The position numbers and the translations under genes are program-made. This document shows, piece by piece, positions 29,391 through 40,185 of a DNA stretch of 64,000 nucleotides. Numbering within the stretch: position 1 is the first letter of the stretch; every line of letters begins with the position of its first letter. Source of the stretch: Candidatus Sulfobium sp. (GTDB taxonomy: Bacteria; Nitrospirota; Thermodesulfovibrionia; Thermodesulfovibrionales; UBA6898); assembly GCA_037380845.1 (NCBI GenBank), contig JARRRI010000022.1, forward strand, positions 73,289 to 137,288. Direction: 5' to 3'. The notes beneath the pieces were generated by a model that was not told the DNA's origin, did no database searches, and worked only from the letters and a program-made list of their open reading frames with translations.

Positions 29391-29813
29391 ATGCAAAGCG
29401 AAATCGAAAAAACATCTTCGCAAGAGGCAGAGGAAGAGGCAGGAGATACATCGATACTGGTTGCCGACGATGACGACGTCATCAGGGGCCTTGTCACGAC
29501 GCTGATCGAGAAGTCCGGGTATTCGGTTTTCGAGGCGGCCGACGGCTCCGAGGCGGTCGATAAATTCAGGGAACACCGGGACGAGATAGATCTTCTGGTC
29601 TTCGATGTACGAATGCCGGGAAAAGACGGCAAGCAGGCCTACGACGAGATAAGGCAGATCCGTCCCGACATCAAGGTCCTCTTCATTAGCGGCTACGGAA
29701 GCGACGTCCTGGAGAAATACGGCGTCAACCGTGAAGATTTTCAGGTCATATCGAAGCCGTTTATGCCCGGCGATCTCATATCGCAGATAAAGACCTGCCT
29801 GTCCGGCCCCTGA
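29391..29813 (+). CDS. Single-domain response regulator
   Basis: ILVADDD, DLLVFDVRMPGKDG, ISGY, SKPF. Confidence 0.88.
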   Translation: MQSEIEKTSSQEAEEEAGDTSILVADDDDVIRGLVTTLIEKSGYSVFEAADGSEAVDKFREHRDEIDLLVFDVRMPGKDGKQAYDEIRQIRPDIKVLFISGYGSDVLEKYGVNREDFQVISKPFMPGDLISQIKTCLSGP

Positions 29814-30016
29814 AGCGATTTGAGAAAGGGGATTTACGGTAACAGTCCCGTTGACAATAGCCAGGCCCGGCCACAAGGTGAAGAACATCTTTTTCTGATT
29901 TCCGCACTTGACAGACCCCCTCTTCCTAACAGGCGAAATTGATGATAAGATTTAGTTGTAGGATATATCAGACAGTCCCGGGTGAATTTTTTTCTGGCAA
30001 ATAACGGAGGTGGACC

Positions 30017-30776
30017 ATGAGAAAAGTCTTGTCGGGAGTTTTGATGCTCGGATTTATTCTGGCGTTGGGCGTGTACGGTGCGGATGCGCAGTCGCAGCCG
30101 CCGGGCGGAACGGGCGGAGGTGTTTCGGCCAGGTGCGCGGATATAATGGGCCCCGGAATGATGGGAGGTCCCATGAGGGGTGGCTACGGAATGAGGGGCA
30201 AGGGCATGATGGCACCGGGTATGGCGAGCGGTAACATGGGAGGCCGTTGCGGCTGCGGTATGGCGAGCGGTAACATGGAAGGCCGTTGCGGCTGCGGTAT
30301 GGTGCGGTATGATGGGCCGTCATTTTGGAATGATGGGCGGGAAGGGTAGTATGGGCGGTGTGCATCACCGCCTCTGGCACTATATCATGAGACTCGATCT
30401 TGACCAGAACCAGCGGGCCGAGATCTGGAAAACAAAGACCGACCTGATGAAGAACATGATCCGGAAGAAGGCCGACCTGCGCATCGCCATGCTGGAACTG
30501 GGTAATCTGGTCCATGCCGACAAAACCGACATGAAGAAGGTCGAGGCTAAGGTAAAACAGATAGAGAATCTGAGATCGTCCATGCTCATTTCCGGCATAG
30601 AAGCAATGGAGGCCGTTAAGTCGAAGCTGACCGCCGACCAGAGGAAGAAACTGGGCAACATGATGGAGAGCCCTGGGCGATGCATGATGATGGGTGATGA
30701 CATGATGAGCGGCGGCATGACCGGCGGAGACATGATGGGAGACGGTATGATGGAAGAAGCTCCGGCTGAAGATTAA
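30017..30776 (+). pseudogene. Spy/CpxP-like periplasmic Met-rich protein, frameshifted at ~30302
   Basis: Signal peptide in frame 30017; LDLDQNQR...KLTADQRKK helical domain in frame 30309; break lies inside a 39-bp tandem repeat. Confidence 0.75.
30218..30302 (+). repeat. 39-bp tandem repeat (2 full + 1 partial) encoding GMASGNM(G/E)GRCGC
   Basis: Units start at 30218, 30257 and 30296. Confidence 0.9.
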
Positions 30777-30787
30777 CTGACACGCGA

Positions 30788-30831
30788 CCGGCGGGAGGGG
30801 CAAAGCGTGACCCGCTTTCCCCTCCTGCCGG
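30788..30831 (+). other. GC-rich intergenic hairpin (no U-tract)
   Basis: ccggcgggagggg caaagcg tgacc cgcttt cccctcctgccgg. Confidence 0.5.
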
Positions 30832-30907
30832 CAGGCTCCGGGGCAAACTGAGAAGTTAGAGTTACTTGCCCGGTTCCTGAGCAATTCCTTAAAGAAGGAG
30901 GCTTATC

Positions 30908-31117
30908 ATGAAAAAGAACGTCGGAGGCATCGACAAAGCGATAAGGTTCATTATCGGGATCGTCCTGGGTCTTATCGGCTTTTTCGTGCAGATGAGCACC
31001 GGCCTTAGAATAGCTTTCTTCGCTGTCGGGGCCATAGCCCTCATCACCGCCTTTACCGGTTTTTGACCGCTCTGGGCGGTGCTCGGGATCAGCACCCACA
31101 AGGAACATTCAGGCTGA
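30908..31117 (+). CDS. DUF2892/YgaP-like small membrane protein with in-frame TGA (candidate selenocysteine, codon 53)
   Basis: Not in the ORF track. RBS AAGGAGG; MKKNVGGIDKAIRFIIG...ITAFTGF-TGA-PLWAVLGISTHKEHSG; family pattern NVG..D...R...G(F/W)CPLY..LGIST. Confidence 0.85.
31078..31096 (+). promoter_or_regulatory. Putative bacterial SECIS element
   Basis: GGTGCT-CGGGATC-AGCACC hairpin starting 11 nt after TGA 31064-31066; G-rich apex. Confidence 0.7.
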
Positions 31118-31126
31118 GAATACATA

Positions 31127-31735
31127 TCAAAGGGAGAGCCCGAATCTCGATAGCGCCCTGGCTGTCGAGGCGTGGTCAACATGGTGAATGCCGTTTATGC
31201 CCAAAGTGCGGGCGACTTCGACATAGAGTCCCCTGTCATCGATGTACACAACGTTTTCAGGCGGAACCTGGGCCGCATCGAGGGCGATGCGGTAGATATC
31301 TTCATCGGGCTTCCGGAAGTGGACAAAGCAGGACACTATGAAGAAGTCAATGAATTCTGCCAACCCGTGGTCCCTGACTCGCCGGTCTGTCAGCTCCCGC
31401 CCTTCATTGCTGACCGCGGCCACCTTCAATCCGTATTTCTTTTTCAGTTCCCGGAACAGACCGATCGTCTCAGGGTAAGGCGTTGTCCGGAACATGAACT
31501 CCTTTAGATCTTCCCGCGGGAAAGACCTTTCCTCATAAAAGATAACGCGGTCGAGGTAAGTATCGAGAGTAAGCTTGCCTTCCTCGTACGTATCGAAGGT
31601 CAGATGGTGCCTCTCGTTCAACTCGTCGATGTCAAAGCCGAAATGGTCGGCGGCTCTCTTTCGTTTCTCATGGCCCCAGCCGTTTTCGAGCATGACTCCG
31701 CCGATATCCAGAAACAGTGCCCTGACAGGTGGCAT
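31127..31735 (-). CDS. HAD-family phosphatase
   Basis: FLDIGGV, VSNE, RKPD..IY, YIDD. Confidence 0.9.
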   Translation of the reverse strand: MPPVRALFLDIGGVMLENGWGHEKRKRAADHFGFDIDELNERHHLTFDTYEEGKLTLDTYLDRVIFYEERSFPREDLKEFMFRTTPYPETIGLFRELKKKYGLKVAAVSNEGRELTDRRVRDHGLAEFIDFFIVSCFVHFRKPDEDIYRIALDAAQVPPENVVYIDDRGLYVEVARTLGINGIHHVDHASTARALSRFGLSL

Positions 31736-31822
31736 GGGAATCAGTCCTCCATTGCATGCAGACTCTGGTTAAAGTCTATCCGGTTTCCGGACAAAGTCAA
31801 GAAAGCCGTCCCCCAGATGAGT

Positions 31823-34249
31823 TCAGTCTGAAGCGTACCTGTAATCCTTCTTTACTTCCAGAAAGCCTACGACGCACAGCGTCACCAGGGCTACCGTCAG
31901 AAGCCTGACCGGCCCGATGGGGGCAAGATGGAACCGTTCCCTGAGGAAGGGGACGTAAATCCCCAGGAGGAGAAAACCGGTTGCCGAAACCGCCCACACA
32001 TTCATAATGCCGTTTTTGAAAAGGCCTATCGAAAAAACGGGTTCCGTGTCGGAGCGGGCGATAAAGGCGAGGATGATATGTCCGAAGATCCACGCGGAAA
32101 AAGCGAGAGTCTGGGTCTGCCCGAAACTGAAATCCATGTATCGCGCATAAAAATATGCGAACATGACGGAGCAAAAGAGAACAAAGCCGTTAAGGAGGAC
32201 CTTCTTCACCAGCCTGCCGCTGAAGACGTCCTCGCGGGGATTGCGAGGCGGCCGGCGGTAAATGCCGGACTCCTTCGGTTCTGCAACGAAACCGGCCGAT
32301 GCGGCAAGGTCCATGAATAACTCCAGTACGATGATCTGGATCGGGCTGAACGGCATGGGGACCCCCACTATGACCGGCAGCAGAAAGATCAGCACAAGTG
32401 CGGTCTTTACCGAAAGATAATACGTAATCCCTTTCCGGAGGTTGTCAAAGAATTTTCTTCCCTCGAATATGCCCTGGGTAATGGTAATGTAATTGTCGTC
32501 CGCCAGGACTACGTCGGCCGCGTCCTTGGCCACGTCCGTTCCCCTGACACCCATGGCTATGCCTATGTCGGCCCCCTTGAGGGCCAGAACATCATTGACA
32601 CCATCGCCCGTTACGGCCACCACTTCTCCGTTTTTCTGCAACGCCTCGACTATGCGGTGTTTGTGCAACGGAGTGGCCCTGGAAAAAACGGAGACGGCCT
32701 TCACCAGTTCCCGCAGCTCATCGTCGGTCGCCTCGTCGACCTCTTTTCCCGTTGCTATCCTGTCCGTCTTTATGCCGACCTCGCCGGCTATAAAACCGGC
32801 CGTTCCCGAATGGTCTCCCGTGACCATAATAGTCCTGATCCCGGCCGCCGATGCTGTCCCTATCGTCTCTTCCACCCCTTTGCGCGGAGAATCCTCGAAG
32901 CCTATGAGGCCTATGAAAGTCATGCCTTTCTCCAGTTCCGTGAAGTCCAGGTCTTCCTCCCCGGAGTGGAGCTGCCGGAAGGCGACTGCTATCACCCGCC
33001 TGCCTTTTCCTGTCTCGGCATCCAGCTCGTCCCCTATTTTTTCGGATATACCGTCGCAGGCGTCAAAGACCTCCTCCGGCGCACCGCTCAGGTATAGTTC
33101 ATACCGGTCCTCTTTTCTTCTTATGACGGCCTTCGTATTCCTGTTGCCCGCCCCCAGATTTCTCTGGCGGTATGCTCCGGAAAATGACGCGTCCGCATTC
33201 AGTCTGCCGGCGGCGTTCCTGACTTCCTTTTCCATGGGCTGCAGTATATGCTCCGACAAAGAACCGGCGGCCTTGCCGAGGATTTCTTTTTTCCGGTCCG
33301 CCGGGACGACCGAGACAATCCGCATCTTCCCCTCCGTAATCGTACCCGTTTTATCCGTAACGATCACGGTGGCATTGCCCATGGTCTCGGCCCCTTTGAG
33401 CCTCTTCACAAGGAATTTTTTCCTGGAAAGAGTATAGGCCCCGAGTCCGAGGACCATGGTTATGATGATCGGCAATTCTTCAGGGATGGTGGCAAAGGCG
33501 AGAGACAGGCCGGTCAGAACCATCGTCTTGATGTCCTCTCCCCTCAGGATCCCCAGGACCGGGATGAGAATAGAAAAAAAGACCGCCACAAAAACCAGCT
33601 TGCCCGCCAGAGATTTCATCGCAAGCTGCAGGGGCGTCCTGGGAGGTTTCACCTGTTTAAGAGTCCGGGCTATTTGGCCCAGTCTGGTATTTTCTCCGGT
33701 GGCAAAAACTTTTGCCTCGCCTTCCCCTGACAGGACAACCGTACCGGCGTAAATCATGTCGCCCTTCTTTTTGTCCTGGGGAAAAGACTCCCCCGTCAAG
33801 GCAGATTCATCCGCCTGCACGCCCACTCCTTTTTCTATTTCTGCATCTGCAGCGACATCGGTGCCAGGGGTCAGGACCAGGATGTCGCCGGGCACGACTT
33901 CCTCCTTTTCTATTTCGGCGACACCGCCGTCCCTGAAGACCCTCACCCCGGAGGCCGTTATTTTTTCGAGGGAGGCGATCGTCTTTTTTGCCCTGTACTC
34001 GTTGTTAACCTCGGCAAGTATCAGCAACGCGATAACGGTGAAGATGGTGACGCTGTCGAGAAGTCTGCCCCAGAAGCTGTAAAAGAAACCGACCACAAAC
34101 AACAGCAGGATCATCGGTTCGGTAACTTCATGTCCTGCGATGCGGAGGAAACTTATTTTTTCGGATCTGTAGATGCGGTTGGGGCCTGTCTCCGAGATCC
34201 TCCGGCGTGCCTCCTCCGAGCTGAGCCCGCGGATTTGTCGTTCGGCCAT
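31823..34249 (-). CDS. Cation-transporting P-type ATPase (type II-like)
   Basis: LTGES, IPEELP, DKTGTIT, TGDH, TGDGVND. Confidence 0.93.
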   Translation of the reverse strand: MAERQIRGLSSEEARRRISETGPNRIYRSEKISFLRIAGHEVTEPMILLLFVVGFFYSFWGRLLDSVTIFTVIALLILAEVNNEYRAKKTIASLEKITASGVRVFRDGGVAEIEKEEVVPGDILVLTPGTDVAADAEIEKGVGVQADESALTGESFPQDKKKGDMIYAGTVVLSGEGEAKVFATGENTRLGQIARTLKQVKPPRTPLQLAMKSLAGKLVFVAVFFSILIPVLGILRGEDIKTMVLTGLSLAFATIPEELPIIITMVLGLGAYTLSRKKFLVKRLKGAETMGNATVIVTDKTGTITEGKMRIVSVVPADRKKEILGKAAGSLSEHILQPMEKEVRNAAGRLNADASFSGAYRQRNLGAGNRNTKAVIRRKEDRYELYLSGAPEEVFDACDGISEKIGDELDAETGKGRRVIAVAFRQLHSGEEDLDFTELEKGMTFIGLIGFEDSPRKGVEETIGTASAAGIRTIMVTGDHSGTAGFIAGEVGIKTDRIATGKEVDEATDDELRELVKAVSVFSRATPLHKHRIVEALQKNGEVVAVTGDGVNDVLALKGADIGIAMGVRGTDVAKDAADVVLADDNYITITQGIFEGRKFFDNLRKGITYYLSVKTALVLIFLLPVIVGVPMPFSPIQIIVLELFMDLAASAGFVAEPKESGIYRRPPRNPREDVFSGRLVKKVLLNGFVLFCSVMFAYFYARYMDFSFGQTQTLAFSAWIFGHIILAFIARSDTEPVFSIGLFKNGIMNVWAVSATGFLLLGIYVPFLRERFHLAPIGPVRLLTVALVTLCVVGFLEVKKDYRYASD

Positions 34250-34474
34250 GTTTCGGTTGTTCTTCCTCCTTCGGATGAGATGGGATTTCTTCGGTCCGGC
34301 GTTTATGTATTACTTACCATATATCCTCTGTGCTTTCAATAAAATTCCTCCCTGAAATGCCGGAAAGAAGGAGGTGAATGCGGGCAGGCTTTGTGATATA
34401 GTGGAAGAAAAAGAGGACGCTTCGGCACATCGCCGTAAGGTCATGTGCCTTCATATCCGGAGACTGTAATCGTT

Positions 34475-36007
34475 GTGAAAAAGACGGCCTGGCTCACAGC
34501 ACTATTTTTACTTGTGACAACCCTGCAGGCCCCCGTCCCGGCGGCCGCAAAGAAGGCCGAAGGCCGACCGGTTCACGAACGGGAAGCGCCTCCGGATACC
34601 GGTCTTTCGACAACGGAACACTCCGTCAGGCTCAGGGGCGCGGTTCTTCGTTATAAGGCAACGGCCGGCTACATGCACACGGGAACCGGCGATAAAAAGG
34701 CCGACAATTTTTTTGTTTCTTATGTAAAGGAAGGCGTGACGGACAAAAAGGACCGGCCCGTCACTTTTGTCTTCAACGGAGGGCCCGGCGCGTCTTCGAT
34801 ATGGCTCCATCTGGGGGCCATCGGACCGAAGCGGATCTCTAAGTTTTTCACGGGAAAACCCCTTTCTCCTCCGTACTCCCTGGTCGACAATGAATACACG
34901 TGGCTCGACCTGACCGATCTTGTTTTTATCGACCCTGTCGGATCGGGTTACAGCCGCGCGGCAACCGGAGGGAAAGATTTCTACGGCCTGTCCGAGGATG
35001 CGAAGTCTGTCGGAGAATTCGTAAGGCGGTATGTAACGGAAGAAGAGCGCTGGCTTTCTCCCAAGTTCATTGCGGGTGAAAGCTACGGTACCGTCCGGGC
35101 GGTGCTTCTTGCCGACAGGCTGCACGAGGCGTACGGCATGGACGTGAATGCGCTCATGCTTATCTCTCCGGTGCTCAATTTTCAGACGTTCACCTTCGGC
35201 GCCGGCAACGACCTCCCCTATGTGTTGTTCCTTCCTTCCTATGCGGCTGCCGCCGCCTACCACAAGAAAACCTCCTTCGCCGCCATCGACGGCCGCGGGG
35301 CACTCCGTCAGGTCGAAGAATGGGCGGTAGGCGACTATATGGTATCACTGGCAAGGGGGTCGGCAATGAGCGACAGCGAGAGGCAAAGTGTTGCAAGAAA
35401 ACTTTCGGCCTATACCGGTCTCCCCAAAAGATATATCGAAAATCAAGACATGAGAATCAGCAATTCAGAGTTTATAAACAAACTGCTCTACGACCGCCAT
35501 CGCTTCCTCGGTCTCCTGGACAGCAGGTATACCGGAACGAAGCCGGCGGAGGACCTCTTTTACGACGATCCGACCATGGTCGGCACGCTCGGCTTTTATG
35601 TGGCGGCAATGAACGACTATGTCAGGAGGGAACTGGGTTACAAAAACGACCTTCCGTATGAGTATCTCTCCAAGAAGGCCAGCTGGTCATGGGACTGGGG
35701 GTCAGCCGCCCGGGGATATCCGGACGTCGCCGGGAAGCTCGGGAAACTGATCAACAGGACGCATTACCTTAAGGTATTCATCGCAGCCGGATATTACGAT
35801 CTCGACGCACCGTACTTCGCTGCGGTCTATACTGTAAACCACCTCGGTCTCCAACCCGATCGCAGGAAGAACGTCACTCTTGAACTCTACAAGGCCGGAC
35901 ATCAGATGTATACCGACCTCCCCTCCCTGAAAAAACTTCGCAGTGACATATCGGCTTTCATTGAAAACCTTTTTGCGGACGGTCGAAAGGAAGGGGCAGC
36001 CGACTGA
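34475..36007 (+). CDS. Peptidase S10 serine carboxypeptidase, exported
   Basis: FNGGPGASS, IDPVGSGYS, AGESYG, GYYDL, AGHQMY; signal peptide. Confidence 0.9.
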   Translation: MKKTAWLTALFLLVTTLQAPVPAAAKKAEGRPVHEREAPPDTGLSTTEHSVRLRGAVLRYKATAGYMHTGTGDKKADNFFVSYVKEGVTDKKDRPVTFVFNGGPGASSIWLHLGAIGPKRISKFFTGKPLSPPYSLVDNEYTWLDLTDLVFIDPVGSGYSRAATGGKDFYGLSEDAKSVGEFVRRYVTEEERWLSPKFIAGESYGTVRAVLLADRLHEAYGMDVNALMLISPVLNFQTFTFGAGNDLPYVLFLPSYAAAAAYHKKTSFAAIDGRGALRQVEEWAVGDYMVSLARGSAMSDSERQSVARKLSAYTGLPKRYIENQDMRISNSEFINKLLYDRHRFLGLLDSRYTGTKPAEDLFYDDPTMVGTLGFYVAAMNDYVRRELGYKNDLPYEYLSKKASWSWDWGSAARGYPDVAGKLGKLINRTHYLKVFIAAGYYDLDAPYFAAVYTVNHLGLQPDRRKNVTLELYKAGHQMYTDLPSLKKLRSDISAFIENLFADGRKEGAAD

Positions 36008-36028
36008 TCTTTCAGGGGGAGTGTTAAG

Positions 36029-36574
36029 ATGTTCCTTGTCATGAGAGGACAGTTTCCGGTCTTCCTTCAGATCCTTCTCGGGATCTTCGTACTTTTCCTC
36101 GGCAGAAAATTATTCTGGCTCTTTGTCGCGGCGGTCGGCTTCGTCGCCGGGGCGCTGCTGGGCGATCTTTTTTTCCATGCGGATTCAGGCTGGATAGTGC
36201 TCATAATCGCAGCTGTCTCCGGGGTATTGGGCGCACTATTCGCCGTTTTGTTTCAGAGGCTGGCAATAGCAGTCTCGGGCTTTCTCGCCGGGGGGTACGT
36301 CTCCGTCGTCATGCTGCACCACTGGGGATGGGGTACGGATATTCATTTCTGGGCCCCTTTTCTGATCGGCGGATTCCTCGGGGCCCTTTTGCTGTCGATA
36401 ATATTCGACCCCGCACTCATAGTGCTGTCCTCCCTGGTCGGTGCGGCCATGATAGTCCAGCCATTCCATTTGAGCCCCGGGGAAACCGGCCTGATCTTCG
36501 TCCTCCTGGCACTGTCGGGCATTGTCGTTCAGACCGTCATTCTCAAAAGCAGGGCTTCCAGGCGCCGGAAATAG
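36029..36574 (+). CDS. DUF4203-like membrane protein
   Basis: FLGRKLFWLFVAAVGF, LSSLVGA, GIVVQ. Confidence 0.7.
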   Translation: MFLVMRGQFPVFLQILLGIFVLFLGRKLFWLFVAAVGFVAGALLGDLFFHADSGWIVLIIAAVSGVLGALFAVLFQRLAIAVSGFLAGGYVSVVMLHHWGWGTDIHFWAPFLIGGFLGALLLSIIFDPALIVLSSLVGAAMIVQPFHLSPGETGLIFVLLALSGIVVQTVILKSRASRRRK

Positions 36575-36620
36575 CACGCTTTTTTCCCCCCTTTGTCTAT
36601 AATAGACGGGTGGTGAGAGC

Positions 36621-37268
36621 GTGACATACATCCTGCTTCTCATATCGGCATATTTCATGGGGTGCATTGCGGCAATACCGGCCGGACCTGTACAGATCGA
36701 GGTAGTGAGAAGGTCCATAAACGGTCAGCTGAAGTCTTCTCTTCTGGTGGTGCTGGGCGCGTTCCTCATAGATGTCTTTTACGGCCTCATCGCCTTTTTC
36801 GGCATAGCGCCTTTTCTCGAGGAGAAGAAGGTAATGGCGATATTCTGGCTGGCAGGAGGCGTCATCCTGATCGTAATGTCTGTCTTTGTTATCAGGCACC
36901 GCGCGAAGAAGGAAATTTCTTACGATAACGCGCCCCAAAAGAGAAAAAGATGGGCGCTGCTGGGAGGAATCTCACTTTCAGTCATAAACCCCATGATGAT
37001 ATTGTGGTGGCTGTCGGCGGTCCGCATCTTCGAGGACATAGGACTTATCAGCGAATTCAACGCCGATATCGCCCTTACGTTTCTCGCTGCGGCCAGTCTC
37101 GGACTCGCCTCCTATCTGACTGCTCTCTCTCTCTTTATCCACTGGGTTAAAAAATTTGTATCGGCTGCAAAGCTGCGGCGGATAAACCAGGTATTCGCGG
37201 TATTTCTCCTGCTTATAGGACTCTATTTCCTGTATACCTCGATCCACACTCTTTTCCTGCAAGGCTGA
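36621..37268 (+). CDS. LysE-family translocator
   Basis: AIPAGPV, D.FY, GISLSVINP. Confidence 0.8.
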   Translation: MTYILLLISAYFMGCIAAIPAGPVQIEVVRRSINGQLKSSLLVVLGAFLIDVFYGLIAFFGIAPFLEEKKVMAIFWLAGGVILIVMSVFVIRHRAKKEISYDNAPQKRKRWALLGGISLSVINPMMILWWLSAVRIFEDIGLISEFNADIALTFLAAASLGLASYLTALSLFIHWVKKFVSAAKLRRINQVFAVFLLLIGLYFLYTSIHTLFLQG

Positions 37269-37339
37269 ACCGACCCTCGAAAAAAGATATTGCAGCGGAG
37301 GGGAAAATGGATTATGCTATCTATATTCCAGGGGGGACC

Positions 37340-37609
37340 ATGCACTACCAGAACTGTTGGGAATTCAAACAGTGCGGAAGGGAAAGAACCGGTTCCGCAG
37401 GCATCTGTCCGGCCGCTCTCAGCCGCGCGGCAGACGGGGTCAACGGCGGCATCAATGCCGGCAGGGTCTGCTGGGCGGTGACAGGAACGTTATGCGACGG
37501 CAAGAGACAGGGCACTTATGCCGAAAAGGTCATGGAATGCATGTCCTGTGATTTCCGCCTGAAGGTCATGGAGGAAATGTCCTATAAATTCAAGCCGGTT
37601 TTCTTCTGA
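37340..37609 (+). CDS. Small Cys-rich 'two-CW' domain protein
   Basis: NCWEFKQCGRE...CPA...NAGRVCWAVTGTLC...CMSCDF. Confidence 0.8.
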   Translation: MHYQNCWEFKQCGRERTGSAGICPAALSRAADGVNGGINAGRVCWAVTGTLCDGKRQGTYAEKVMECMSCDFRLKVMEEMSYKFKPVFF

Positions 37610-37627
37610 AGTTCCGCGCAGAGAGCC

Positions 37628-38908
<1,281 letters not shown>

Positions 38909-39034
38909 TCATAGACATGGAATATACTATAGCCGAAGAAGATCAAAAAATGAACCACCCGACGCATAAACACGCAAGCGGGAGGGGCGGAGGTTAAATG
39001 CACCTTAATTTATCTGAAAAACCCTCTTTATGTG

Positions 39035-39110
39035 GTCATTCCCGGGGTGGTAATCGGGAATCCATTTTCTTTAAGGAAATAACCCGGATTCCCACCTTCG
39101 CGGGAATGAC
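39035..39110. repeat. GTCATTCCCG-family REP-like element
   Basis: gtcattcccg...cgggaatcca...cggattccc...cgggaatgac. Confidence 0.85.
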
Positions 39111-39157
39111 CGCCAAAAAAGCGCCAAACTATGCAACAAGGCATGTAAGGCAAATCA

Positions 39158-40144
39158 TCAGTAAAGCCCCATCGCTTCCCTGACGAGCCTCATGGTCTCC
39201 TGAGCAGCCTTCCTCGCCTTTTCGTTACCGTTTTCGGCTATCTCCCTGAGCAGCCCGGGATTGTTCAGAAGCTCCGCCCTTTTTGCCCAGATGGGTTCAA
39301 GTACCCTGAAGACATTCCTTATCAGGACCTTCTTGCAGTCGATGCACCCGATCCCGGCAGTGCGGCAGCCTTCGGCGACCTGCTCCTGCTCCTCTTTGGA
39401 GGAGAATATCTTGTGCAGCTGGAATACGGGGGAAAGCTCGGGATTGCCGACATCCGTGCGCTTAACACGCGCCGGATCGGTAGTCATGGTGAGTATCTTG
39501 CGCTCCACCTCTTTCGGTGTGTCCGAAAGGTAGATGGCGTTTTCGTAGCTCTTGGACATCTTCCTGCCGTCGACGCCGGGGACCTTCGGAAATTCAGTGA
39601 GGAGCGCCTCGGGCTCGGGAAAGACCTCGCCGTAGAAGTTATTGAACCTCCGCGCGATCTCCCTCGATATCTCGAGGTGGGGGACCTGGTCAACACCGAC
39701 CGGTACATATTTGGCCCTGTATATAATAATGTCGGCAGTCTGAAGCAAAGGGTAGCCCAGAAAGCCGTATGTCGCCAGGTCCCTCTCCTTAAGCTCCTGC
39801 TGTTTCTCCTTGTAGGTAGGAACACGCTCCAGCCACCCGAGGGGCGTGATCATCGAAAGAAGGAGATGCAGCTCGGCATGTTGGAGTATCCGGGACTGTA
39901 TGAATATCGTGCACTTCTCCGGATCAAGGCCGGCCGCGAGGAAGTTGAGCAGGAGGTCGGTGACCGATTCGCGGATTGCCCCGGGGTTGGCGTATCCGGT
40001 TGTGAGCGCATGCCAGTCGGCTATGAAATAATAGCATTCGTATTCGTCCTGGAGTCGCACCCAGTTCTGAATAGCCCCCACCAGGTTGCCGATATGGACC
40101 CTGCCGCTGGACTGCATCCCGCTTAATACTCTTTCCTTTGTCAT
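39158..40144 (-). CDS. trpS: Tryptophanyl-tRNA synthetase
   Basis: HIGN, VPVGVDQ, KMSKS. Confidence 0.96.
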   Translation of the reverse strand: MTKERVLSGMQSSGRVHIGNLVGAIQNWVRLQDEYECYYFIADWHALTTGYANPGAIRESVTDLLLNFLAAGLDPEKCTIFIQSRILQHAELHLLLSMITPLGWLERVPTYKEKQQELKERDLATYGFLGYPLLQTADIIIYRAKYVPVGVDQVPHLEISREIARRFNNFYGEVFPEPEALLTEFPKVPGVDGRKMSKSYENAIYLSDTPKEVERKILTMTTDPARVKRTDVGNPELSPVFQLHKIFSSKEEQEQVAEGCRTAGIGCIDCKKVLIRNVFRVLEPIWAKRAELLNNPGLLREIAENGNEKARKAAQETMRLVREAMGLY

Positions 40145-40185
40145 GAACCTCCCTGATTGGTCACCCGACCGCGAGGTCTCCCGTG

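Noticed and set aside
30218..30302. Possible CRISPR array
   Set aside because: Contiguous coding tandem repeat without spacers; no cas genes in the window
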